DNA of 64,000 nucleotides from Phoronis australis (lineage: Eukaryota; Animalia; Phoronida), in NCBI GenBank assembly GCA_002633005.1, contig NMRA01000439.1:248001-312000 (forward strand), read 5' to 3'. The notes under the pieces were generated by a model. It made no database searches and was not told the DNA's origin. It worked only from the letters and a program-made list of their open reading frames with translations. The position numbers and the translations under genes are program-made. Positions 1 to 11,900 of the stretch are shown here, piece after piece (within the stretch, counting starts at the first letter, position 1; every line of letters begins with the position of its first letter).

Positions 1-2528
1 GAGATACGTGCACTGAGACATATGAACCCACCTGGGTTCCTTGCTTTTGTATTATGTGTGAATCAATTGAACATTTAAATAAATGTATTTCTTTCAAGTA
101 ACAGGTTTAGTTCTATTATGTCTAATTCTATGAAAGAAAAAACTAGCCAAACAAAAAACAATACTGCGTACATGATATTTTTGTAATCAGCTACCAACAA
201 AACCAGATAGCACACTTTAAAGTACACCTCACATAGATTTTTTTAACCACTGAAATATATCTCCCATATTATACTGACACAAACAAGATAAAATAGATTT
301 GTTTGGTTTTTTACAAAAGAAGATGAACTTGCTTCGAAGACATTATTTTTTTAAAAAAGAAATTCATTGCAACGCAATAATTCTGTGAAGGATATGATAT
401 TAGAATCACCTTAACTCAATATCTGAATAGGTGCTGATAGTCAACTTTAGCCTCATCAAATTTAGGCTTGGGAAAACAAAAGTCAACATGCCTTTCACGT
501 ATTGCAGCATAAAAAACCCACAAAATGAATCTTAGCCATACGGTAAAAATTATCGAAACTGGGAATTTGGGACTTGGAAACTAAAGGAAATATTGAATTT
601 TCTTGATGCTGGAATGCGGGACAAGGGCGGTTTTTGGCATTCACGATATTTCTCAAATTTCAGAAGTGTCGTCAATCCACAGAGTCTGTCATTTTATTTT
701 CTTTACAATGATTCTTAAATTTTGGATGGGATAAGCTCAGACCTTGAGCAAAATAACTCATTTTTCACTGGCTCAAATTAGAGAAATTTTACCATAACCA
801 AACTACAAGTCAACACCCTAATTTTACACAGCAAGGTCTTTGTCACAGGAACTGATTGAGTGTTTCTGCAGCCAGAGAGCATGGCATCGAACTGAAATTA
901 TTCTACTTTGAAGTTGGCAATTTACTTTATTTATCATACTTTGATCTTTTATATTTTTTTTGCATTCGTGTGGTTTGTTGTGTAATATACATTAAGGGTA
1001 ACACAAATGAGAACATGAGGTTATACAAATATTGAAAACCAGCATGAAACGGAATATAATCAAACGAAAAATCACACTCGTAACAGCATAATCACCACTA
1101 GTCTTTGATCATGACATATTAGTGATTGCCATTAATTTAGTAGCCAGAGAAAAAAAGGAACACGAAATCAATTAGCCCTTCATTAAAGCAAGAATTCTAC
1201 AACAACGCGTAATAGGTAAAATCTGGAAAATCTCGCTCACACTTCCAGCTTATTTTGGAATGATGCGTTTTATTTCAATTTGTGCCGATTCAATGATATT
1301 TTCTCTATTTCCTAAAATAATAAACGTATTCAATGCTTCCTGTCAAAAGCTTATGTAAATTAGCGAGCAGTTTTTGAGTCTACAGGCTAAAAAGAGGAGG
1401 AGTTTGAACGATATTTGTCAAGTTTTGTTGACCATGTGTCATAAAATTTGTCAAGAGAACCAGGAAAAAAACAATTATGGTAAACCATTGGGATAGTAGG
1501 GAACTTGCAATAGCATCTTGACATTTTTATGAGAAGTAACAGTTATAATATAATTTTCCACTTATTTTCCACAAAAGTAGTAGTCGAAATTGTTATTCTT
1601 CATTTTAAAAAGACTTAGTACTTTGCTTTCACAAATATTGGAAACTTCAACAAAAGTAGTCTCATGACATATACACAGCACAAATTATGAATAAATTTTT
1701 CTTAACGTTTATTTTTGTGGAGAACTTTGACAAAATAGTCCCTGGAATGCCATATTGAGTGCTAGATAAGTGGAAAATTAACGTAACGGTATGTCAGACA
1801 TTTAGGTAGAAATGTGAAATAAAACGTTCCTAGATCATGAGATCAGTTATTGAAGTAGACGTCAAAGGGGTGTCAAACTGACGCAGTTCTAGATGAAATA
1901 TACAACTAAGAGGGTCTACCTTTACCCTTTATGTGGTGTGGAGTTTCTAGCAGAAGTATAAGTCAACAGTCTCACCAGCAACAAGTAACTGAGCACTTGT
2001 TTCATCTGATCATCTAAAGGTAAGTGAATTTATCAACAACTGTAAAATGTTTAAGGAGATTAACAGTCTAACTGGGTAAAGAACTATTGCAAAACGTCAT
2101 GATTCACACACAATTGGGTAAAAACAAACGTGCATCCCACATACACAGAAAATGATCAGTTTTCAATACTTTATTCCATCACAGCTTAAGGAAATTGATA
2201 AAACAAACTCACTTCTCTCCACAACCTGTTTTGACTTAACACTGCGTTGAGTTTGAAATTTTCCGTTGCAAGTTTGAAAAGCTAATGAAACAAATTTGAA
2301 GTAACGCAAGATTGGCAATTAGGACATTTTGGTCTTGTAGTACATAATGTGCTCATTGCATTTATTCCACTAAAGACTTAACACATAAACTGGCTGCAGT
2401 AGGGACAGGGACTTAGGAAGCCATACATGGATTCTGAAATTCCAATTCAGTTTGAATTTTCTGTTGCGGAAAACAATGAAACTTCATTATGAAATACAAG
2501 GAAAGTCAGATTTTGTTCTTTTGCAGTC

Positions 2529-4566
2529 ATGAAAGTGGCACTCTGCATACTTGTTGTGACAGTTTTGGTTGGACACTGGTGTGCCATGTGTCTGCAGATA
2601 ACCCCGGGCAAATTGGCAAGTCCTTCTTTTCTGTGTTTCGTGGAAAAAATTATCAATAATTGGGATTTGCATCACGTGATATTACAACAAGAGCAACGTG
2701 GAGCGCTGAAATGTGCCCACGACAGCACCGCAAATGGTGTGCTCCTATGGGTGTATTTAGTATCATAGAAACGGCCGTTAGATGGCACAGAATGCGTCAA
2801 ACCCCTACGACCTTGATAAGCGTGACAGCGAGTAATACTAGTTCCTGCTTATGATTACACAGCACAGCGGGACGGCTGGTTTTGGTCATTAATGACGAGT
2901 GTGAGAATTTGGTTCGCCGAGTGTTATCGGAGAATTCTCATGACCAGGCCTTCATGCAGCGTACGTCCTGGGCGTCCATTTGGACGCCCTAGCACTAATA
3001 TAGACGCCCTGGCAAGGACGCCCAATGTATCATTTGGACGCCCTGTCAATCAGAATTTCTCCAGTTTGGACACCCACATTGAAAGATTACTAAGACTCCC
3101 AGTTAATCAAAGCGGGAAGTTGGCCCTTTCAACTCGGAAAGAGATATACAAAGTATTTAAAATGTTGCAATATTCAAACTACTTGGTAGACCTGTCAATC
3201 ATTAGCACGTGGTTGGTTGCCAGAGTGTCTGCTTTCAATAGACTCACATGCCACTGCCATTCTGTACTTTATATAGGGACATGGACCTTGCTTAACTCCA
3301 AACTGGTGTTTCAGAGCTGTAATTTCATGTACTTCATCTTTTTTTAAAAATACCAAAAGCAAAATAAATGTCATTACTTTAATAATATGATGTGCCGCAA
3401 GAATATCCCCATTTAAAATGTTTGAGTTTTCGCCTGTTTCATGCTTTTCTATGTGCGTCTAAAATGGAGCAGCAGTGACACCTGTTGTCAAAATATAAAC
3501 CAACATCATCTGTGCATTTTTCTTTTGTTGGTAACTGTAGCTTTGATGACTCATTGTACAGAATATAAAGCTAGTGAAGTTGATATAATAAACTTTATAA
3601 CAGAATTTGACTTGAGATGACCAAAAACAGTGCACTCATCGTTCAACCAATATCTGTTATATCTGTAATACCCGTTTGGTAAGCTATTTGGCTGTTTTCG
3701 TAAATTTAAACATAAAAGTCTTGACCAACAGTATTTTAGTACTTGAAAAAGCCCAATACAAGGGAGCTGTTTTTGTAAACTTAGGTGTAAAAGCCTTGTT
3801 CAACGCATTTTTTAATTGTAACTGGTGAATGGGGTGGGGGGGGGGGTAATGCGGCGTTGGAATCATGGACGCCCTGGAATATTGAGAACCCATTTTGGAC
3901 ACCCTATGTTCGAAATCCTAGATGAAGCCCTGCTCATGACCCCACACTATATACCGGTATCTGAAATGGACTCTCTGACAACAGTTGGCAATCAAAATCT
4001 CACTCAATGCTAATGAATAGTCAATACACCAGCTGTAACACCTAATTCAGCTGACTTGGGAACATCGTGCATCAGAAACGGCCAATAGAATTCACAAGAA
4101 ACTTTCAGATATTATGTTTCATGCACAGGCACTCGAATTTCCTGATGACTCATGATCAAATATTGAGAAGTAGAGAGTGATGTCAGTGGTGATCAAGGAC
4201 CTGTTGTTTCATGCACTGTTCTCAATAACGCTGTTAGGAACAGTTTTAAAAATAGTACTTTTATGTATTTCATGAAAAATCTATCAAGTTGCATATAACA
4301 AAACTGGAACGAAACTTTTAGAAAACTTTTATAAACAGTATTTTTGATAACTCACCTTGAATATATCAATGAAATTTGATCACCTTAGTGATATCAATTT
4401 TAGTGAAAATATGGTCACATGATCCAGTTGATTACAAATTCGGAAAAGTTTTTGCAGCTGTGTACCCATTACGGAGTCACCAGGTGGCAAGACTGTACCT
4501 ATGATGCAGTCACCACGTGGCGAGACTATCTCCTCGATGAGACAATTCACCTCGAGCTCCAAATAA
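2529..4566 (+). CDS. Candidate small secreted peptide gene (coding exons 2529-2578 and 4458-4566; 52 aa)
   Basis: Strong donor AAG|GTAAGT at 2019/2020 and strong acceptor TTTTGTTCTTTTGCAG ending 2526, followed by a signal-peptide-like MKVALCILVVTVLVGH. The second coding exon is speculative. Confidence 0.3.
2686..2795 (-). mobile_element. Diverged terminal fragment of the same HINE family
   Basis: AACAAGAGCAACGTGGAGCGCTGAAATGTGCCCAC... aligns with 4863-4970. Confidence 0.7.
2945..3932 (+). mobile_element. hAT-type MITE with 8-bp TSD
   Basis: TIRs CAGGCCTTCATGCAG / CTAGATGAAGCCCTG; perfect TSD CTCATGAC at 2937-2944 and 3933-3940; subterminal GGACGCCC repeats. Confidence 0.85.
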
Positions 4567-4862
4567 CATGTCGAGAAAGTCAAAGACATTTTGACAGTCT
4601 AAAAGTTGCACGAGGTTACGTTATGTCAGACGTAGTTCCACCTTCATATTTATATTCGTGTGGATGACAAAAATCAGGAGCAATCTCAATTGTACAAAGT
4701 AGTTGACAATGTATCCTACACATTAGCTTTCTAGCAAAATATAAAAAATAAGACCAATAACACATAAAATTCATCACACAGGCACTCCTACACTGAAAAT
4801 TATAGGGGTCTATCTCACTCTTCATCTTTCCAAACATTATAGATAATTTATCTTTAAATTCA

Positions 4863-6847
4863 AACAAGAGCAACGCGGAGCGTTGAAATGCGCCCACAAT
4901 TGCACCGCATACGGTATCCTTCTAGGGTTGTTTATTGGTACCATAAAGTGGCCAGTGGAGGGCATACTTTGCAAAATGGAAAGGCATGGTCATTGTCTCC
5001 TCAATAGGCTAGGGGCAAAATGTGAGTAATCTTCATAATATACCAGTTGCTTAAAGCACCACAGAAACATAGAATTAAAAACAAATTTACCAACATACGA
5101 GATTAGCACAGCATTAGAATGCCAGAAACAAATTTCTACTTGGAACTTTTCCTTCACAGTCACGAAGTAACACAAAGTATACACCTGAAGACCTATGAAA
5201 ATACAGAGGTCAATGTAAAATACTAAAATTGCCACTAGAGGCAAATACTAAAATTGCCACTAGAGGCATACCGGTAATCAGAATCATCCTAAAGTCGTCA
5301 TCGTCCGTTGTCAACATCACATAAATACACTTGCTAAATTTAGTAAAGATCCTGCAAACGGTTTGGGAGATACAGCCATGGGCGCAAAAAAACAAAACTG
5401 CCACTAGGAGGCGCCACAGTAGTCCAAATCGTCTGAAAATCATTGTCAGCTGTCTTCCTTATAGTAAGCACATACACGCCAATTTTCACAATCATCCTTT
5501 GAGCGGTTTGGTTGATAGAGGGGTGGACGCAAAAATACAGACTCGAAAACAGTAAAAATGGCCACTAGGTGGCGCAAACTACGTCGAATCCATCTGAAAA
5601 CAGTAGGATAGCGTCATCTCACTAATAGGTGCCTACATACCAAATTTCATGAAAATCCGTTCAATACTTTTGAAGATACAAAGGTAAGCGTAAAAAACTA
5701 AAATTGCCACTAGGGGGCACACCGGTAGTCGGATCCGACCAAAAGTCGTCATCTTCCGTTGTTAACATCATATAAATATACTTACACAATTTGTAAAGAT
5801 CCTGCGAACGGTTTAGGAGATACAGCCATAGGCGCAAAAAAACAAAACTGCCACTAGGAGGCGCCACAGTAGTCGAAATCGTCGGAAAATCATCGTCAAC
5901 CATCCTCTACATAGTAAGCATATACATGCCAATTTTCACAATCATCCTTTGAGCGGTTTGGTTGATAGAGGGGTGGACGCACAAAAACAGACTCGAAAAC
6001 ACTAAAAATGGCCACTAGGTGGCGCAAACTATGTCGAATCCATCTGAAAACGGGAGGATAGCGTCATCTCACTAATAGGTGCCTACATACCAAATTTCAT
6101 GAAAATCCAATAAGGACTTGTGAAGATACAAAGGTAAGCGTAAAAAAATTAAAATTGCCACTAGGGGGCACACCGGTAGTCGGATCCGTCCAAAAGTCGT
6201 CATCTTCCGTTGTTAACATCATATAAATATACTTACACAATTTCGTAAAGATCCTGCAAACGGTTTAGGAGATACAGCCATAGGCGCAAAAAAAACAAAA
6301 CTGCCACTAGGAGGCGCCACAGTAGTCGAAATCGTCGGAAAATCATCGTCAACCGTCCTCTACATAGTAAGCACATACATGCCAATTTTCACAATCATCC
6401 TTTGAGCGGTTTGGTTGATAGAGGGGTGGAAGCACAAAAACAGACTCGAAAACACTAAAAATGGCCACTAGGTGGCGCAAACTATGTCGAATCCATCCGA
6501 AAACGGCAGGATAGCGTCATCTCACTACTAGGTGCCTACATACCAAATTTCATGAAAATCCGTTCAGGACTTTTGAAGATACAAAGGTAAGCGTAAAAAA
6601 CTAAAATTGCCACTAGGGGGCACACCGGTAGTCGGATCCGTCCGAAAGTTCGCACATGCCGTCCCATTCATGAATGGAACATATGTGCCGAATTTCATGA
6701 ACGTATGTCAAAGGGTTTTGGAGATAGAGCAGCGGACGCCGGACGCCAGACGCCGGACGGACGCCAGACGGACGCCGCCCGCCCGGACGGACGGACGGAC
6801 AGAGATGACGGCATAATGCGTCCACATATAAATATGTGGGCGCATAA
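4863..6847 (-). mobile_element. Non-autonomous Helentron (HINE/DINE-1-like) with internal tandem array
   Basis: Subterminal inverted repeats ATGCGCCCACA (4888) / TGTGGGCGCAT (6835); hairpin 6816-6845; (GGAC)n microsatellite ~6730-6800; 3 x ~451-bp repeats; terminal stem-loop CAACGC-GGA-GCGTTG (4871-4885) next to a CTCTTGTT end; A/T-run flanks with no TSD. Confidence 0.85.
5221..6650. repeat. Higher-order tandem repeat: ~451-bp unit made of three ~150-bp subunits
   Basis: CCACTAG cores at 5257, 5401, 5562, 5707, 5851, 6012, 6158, 6304, 6465, 6610 (spacings about 144/161/146); extra 25-bp duplication at 5221-5266. Confidence 0.9.
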
Positions 6848-8753
6848 CAAAAATTGTTGTTGAAAGTTTCAAAACTTTTTTTATCTTTCAAAGGCTGCAA
6901 CTGAAATTCAGATCATTTTTAGGGCAGAAGGTACAGGAGTTTTCAAAGAAGTTGCCGATATAATTTCTTTCTGTCAAAAATTTGCCAAATTTCGAAGGAT
7001 AAATTACTGGCCAATTGTTAAAATGATTTTAGTGATATTTTTTATTTGGTTTCCTGGTGTATTTATGACCTAATTTTGACACACCGAACCAAGAATTGCT
7101 ATTTTTATTTTTAAATTTTCAAGAAACATACAAAGTCTGGCAGACAGATGTTCGGTATGAACATTGCCAAGATCTTTTTGCCGAGACGGTGCCACGTTTT
7201 CTCCTCAGATGAGTGACCTGAGTTTTGCTCACTACAATCGGGTACGATGAGACTTGGCTGGCATCAGCACGAATCAGGTTTTGAACTTGATCCCTCAGCA
7301 GAGACAGTTAATATGCGTCTCTGATGTCCAATTTGGTTATGGCTGTCCACTGTTAAATTTTTAATTCATGCTGTCACAGACGCAACAAAATTAATTTTGC
7401 CTTCATCTAAAGAAAATATGTTCAAGTAACCTCGAAAAAATCATCCAACAATGAGAAAATGTGAAGAGTGCAAAAAGTAACGGAACCAGCACGATGCGTT
7501 CTCCTTGTAAAACTGCTTTCTGGAGAAACTTGACACCCCAGACGTTTACTGCAGTTACTGAATTAGGCACAACGCCATGACCCAGACAGAAATTGCGAAC
7601 TCAAAGCAGCTGTTTTGGCCACAGGAAAAAATTGACAATGAAATCTAGCAACAAAAATGTTTACTTTCAGTTACTGCTACACTTTACTAAAAAATGCCGC
7701 TTAAATTATTAACAATTGACCGTCTAACCTCCATACTCTCACTTTCTTCCCATGCACAGCTACAATATCGACGACAATGTCTTTTTTACGGAAAGCCTGT
7801 GAAGCTATCAGCATAATGAATTGTGGGAAACCAACTAGCATACACACAGAGGAAACTAACAAAATTGGTGCATAATTCTTACGTACCATGTAGCCTATCA
7901 CAGATATAGTATACAGTGAGAGACTTAACGTTTACTAAATTAAAATTTAACTCGGGTTTCGCCCTCATTTAAATCGGCTTGCATATCACGTATCTCGATA
8001 TAATAACCCACAGTTATCATTGCGTATGTTATATAACATATATTTACTGCTAATGAAAATAATTGTAACTTACACCTGAATAGAGGAGACAGCAGCCAAT
8101 CAGTATAGGGGCATATGTGAGCAAAGGGCGTTTCTCCTCTAGGCATCCATTTATACAGGAAGGCACACTGTCACGCTAACGCCACCTAGGACATTGCCCA
8201 TTGTGTATTTTGCTAAATCAAGAGAGCTGGTGGTTGATCAAACAAAGCCAAATGTAATACACAACAAGTCTGCCACACAGCTCGAAGGATTGCCTTCACA
8301 GCAGTCAGAAGCATACTCAATAAGGCGGCGAGCGCTCGCAATCACTCTTGATAACTAGTTTGCTTAGAAATCCAAGATGGCGTCCAACCTGACCTTAGAG
8401 TTTCAAGACAATTACCTATAGGAAGGACAGTGAGGTACACTTAGGGGGTACACTATGAAAGAATACCACAATATGCACACGATTGTTGTCGTCAGAAGGT
8501 AATTGTTGTAAATTTGGTACAGAAATAAACCATTTAATTTAATGGCTGGCATAATAAGTTTGCTTTATACTGAGTATAGCAGCCTTTCTTGGTTTTCTGG
8601 AGCAAAAGCACGCTACAATAGGGAGCTCTCGCTTTTGGCACTTGCTCTCAGTTTAGGTGGGCACGTTCTCCATTGAACAGGGATTTGAACTCGGGAACAT
8701 CCAAAGAGATGCACAATATTTTCATCATGGTATAAAAATAACCTGAAACTTAC

Positions 8754-8928
8754 CAGGCAGCTTCTTACACACAGCGGGCAGTGACTTCGTACAGAGGTCA
8801 TCCGTCCATCTTCCGTCTGACACGTTAAATGATACGCATCCCTCACCATCGCGACGGGACGGCTCATTGGCTGCCCAGTTGGTATAAATGACCGGCCAGT
8901 TGTTGACCCACGAGTAGATGCCAGATTT
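8754..8928 (-). CDS. exon 47, CTLD-K C-part (EPS/WTD)
   Basis: KSGIYSWVNNWPVIYTNWAANEPSRRDGEGCVSFNVSDGRWTDDLCTKSLPAVCKKLP; phase 0-1, GTAAGT donor. Confidence 0.9.
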
Positions 8929-11900
8929 CTACAAAATCAATACAGGTAATAAGAGAAGCCCACATCATTAACGTACAATTTGTCGAAGACACCGTGCAAT
9001 AATGTCAAATCAAATTCCAACTAAAAAAATTAGGGGCTTTGTGCAATTTTGAATTAATCTGACAGAATAAGGTTTGCCAAGAAAGCTATTTAATCACATC
9101 AGTTTCATATTATTGCTGAATGCTGGCATAAAGTCTGTTGGAGATTCACAGGGATGTGCAACAGCCAATCCACACCATTTTCGAAAAAGTTAAAACGAAA
9201 AGACCAGGATACAAATAGCAGAAAGTCGGAAGACGATACTACAATATATGATTACAATATATGATACAATACAAAGATAGAAAACGTGAAGAAATCCTTT
9301 GCTTCAAATTCTGTATTAAAATGTTTTTACAGTTTCAAAATACCTCTCAGGAAAAGAATATCCAACGCTGACACTCTCAATGGTCATGATTGGGCAACTC
9401 GACCGGTTTGCCTACTGCGAAATCTGCCACAATGATCATCTTGAACATTTATATCAAATGAAATTCAGTCAGTGTTATTGGTAAGTAACTATTGTTCAGC
9501 AACGACTACTTTTTTCTTGCTAAGTTTTACTAAAAAATGTGTACATGCGTCCCAAAAAACAACAGATTGGTGTGAATTCAAAAATCAAAGTCTACAGACT
9601 TTAAAAATGTCCACTTTTTATGAGATAAATTTAAGTTTTGTAGAAATTTGTCTGAATGCTCGGTCCCTCATAACAAAGTTGCTATAAGCCTGCATTCTGT
9701 CTAAGGAACATCAAGCTTTTGAATAACACCACTTATACTGCTATGATACTGATATAACACTTGACACATCAAATGACCCGCAAACCAACTTATTGAGGAT
9801 GGACTTGAGCAATAACAGCATTTTGGGCTTGGAGGCGGTAACTAGTCGGCAAAGCGACACAGAATTTTTTGGGTGGTTGTAAATAATAGGTGCCATTCAT
9901 GCACAATAACCCTTTTGAAATTGATACACAACGTCACTGAAAGCAGACTTTTTGAACCCAGCTCTTAGCATACAATTGAGCCAGTTGGGCTATGCAAGTA
10001 GGCACAGCTTAACAATAAGTTAATGGTCTGGGCTGAGAAGACAATTGTTTTATTACCCCCGCTGGATTCTGAAAAGCATAGCCTGAAATGAAGTGCTCCT
10101 TTCTCCAAGCCCAGAAACCACTTCATGTTTGAGCTAAAAATGCCAAGACCAAAAATGTTGTAACCCTAAGTGGTCAAAATCAAAAGCAAGTTCATGTTTC
10201 CCTTGTAAAGCATGGAGATATTTCACAACGACTTGCGTAATCTTTTGTTTTCGCAAGATTCGTTCATCTACGGTACTTGGCCTTTTATTTATACAGCTTC
10301 AAAATCACCATGGAGCTTACCACAGTATCCGCCAGACCAGTCCAGAATGACGTGACCCCGTTCTGCTGTTGTAACCACGTGCGTAAGAATGACTGTTCAT
10401 ACTGCGATGTGATGGTGACCAGAGTGGACGACTGGAGTGTTTGGCAGGTGGTCAAGGCCTTGGACCATGAGCTGGACGATCCAAGGAAGTAGTAGCAGGC
10501 ATCACCGTACGGCACCCAGCCAGAGGAGCAGGTGTTAACTGTTGGCTCAGGGGTAAGTATATCAGCCTCTGAATAAACAAATGAATTCGATTAATTTTGC
10601 CAATTTCTTCAATTTGCACAAAAAAGTATACTAAATAGCAACAGGTCAGTGGTATAACTTTCAGTCTGAGGATGAAGGAATCATTAATTTTTATTTCAAA
10701 AATTACGCTAATTTCTCCTGACCAGTAACTGACCTATGGTCAGGTGTCATATCAGCGAGTGGATGATGGAATTGGTTTTTATAACGTGAAAACATTAATA
10801 AATAATTCTTTTGTTATCAAGTACTAGTCAATGTAATGGGAAAAAAGAGGCCAAGGCCACTGATGTACGCGCAACACCCGGCATTCACACGAGCCAATCA
10901 CTTCCCTTATAGTCCTACTCCTCCCTCCAGCTTTTCAAAGCCTCCCTCTTCAAATACCCAATTTACTTGACTTAACACCCACCCCATTTCTGGAGATCCC
11001 TCAGTTTAAACACCCTGGGTGTTAAAGGGACATTGGTGAAAAAAGTGATTTTCTGAGATCAGCCTCAACACGGAAATGAATATGAATGGGGTTTCAATTG
11101 CTTTGCTGTAGAAATCTATAAACCCCAATCGACAAATGGCAAAGCATTGTTAGCATTAGACACCGATCCTTAACCAGCGTTGAATTATGGGAATATCTGG
11201 CAGGCAATGGTGAATAATGTTGATTTCATAAAATCAGATTTTGTTGTTTCATATCTCTGGTTAAACGTAACAACTTCACTTAGCACAATAGTCACCATAG
11301 TGTCCCTTTAACCCGAGAAGTATCGGTTAATGAATTTCCTTACAGCACCCATTTGACACTGTTCACTTACTTTTATATGTCATACAAATATACCCACGGT
11401 AACCGGTACACCTGACATCATTCCATCGACCCACGTGATTGTCGAGGGAAGTCTGCAGTTCAACACATTTTTCCTGAAATAGAATAAAAATAGAAATGTC
11501 ACAGGAAGTGGAAATGCGCTTTTACACTAAATGCGAAAATGGTTCTTCTCATCTAAAAATGTCCTCTTTTAAATGTTGAAAAGGTGAATAGCTCGCTACA
11601 GTAATCATATCGGGTTAAATCTGTGAACGGCAACTCCAAATTATGTTGACATTAATTTTTCCGTTTTACTTCTACAGAATGAACTGAAGACGAATGTCTG
11701 TTGTTTGTGTACTCAAATATATTGATTTTATTTATCAGCTTCTAGTCCCAAGACTGCAGTCGCTGGCTCTTGATCTGACCTTACGGCTACAAACTGAGTT
11801 ACCATTCATGCCTCTCGATGTGTTAATACCGGGGACATCAAATGACAAAAAAATGAGCAACAGGATTAAACAGTAACCAAGACGTACCTGAGCTTACAAT

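Noticed and set aside
1976-2281. Minus-strand mini-exons 2213-2281 and 1976-2013 (...DQMKQVLSYLLL)
   Set aside because: Splice sites and phases fit, but there is no recognisable domain and no follow-on exon, and they overlap a competing plus-strand model; unresolved without RNA data.
2892-3347. 151-aa plus-strand ORF
   Set aside because: It reads through the GGACGCCC subterminal repeats of a hAT MITE and has no transposase motifs.
5221-6650. Regularly spaced repeats resembling a CRISPR array
   Set aside because: The intervening sequences repeat with a 451-bp period rather than being unique spacers, the context is eukaryotic, and the array lies inside a HINE.
7701-8146. Hydrophobic ORFs as the receptor's transmembrane exon
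   Set aside because: No convincing phase-1 acceptor with a polypyrimidine tract and no MRC-type cytoplasmic tail motif.
8236-8355. Cys-rich minus-strand frame (RRLIEYASDCCEGNPSSCVADLLC) resembling an insulin A chain
   Set aside because: Spacing is CC-x6-C-x5-C, not CC-x3-C-x8-C, and there is no B chain or signal exon.
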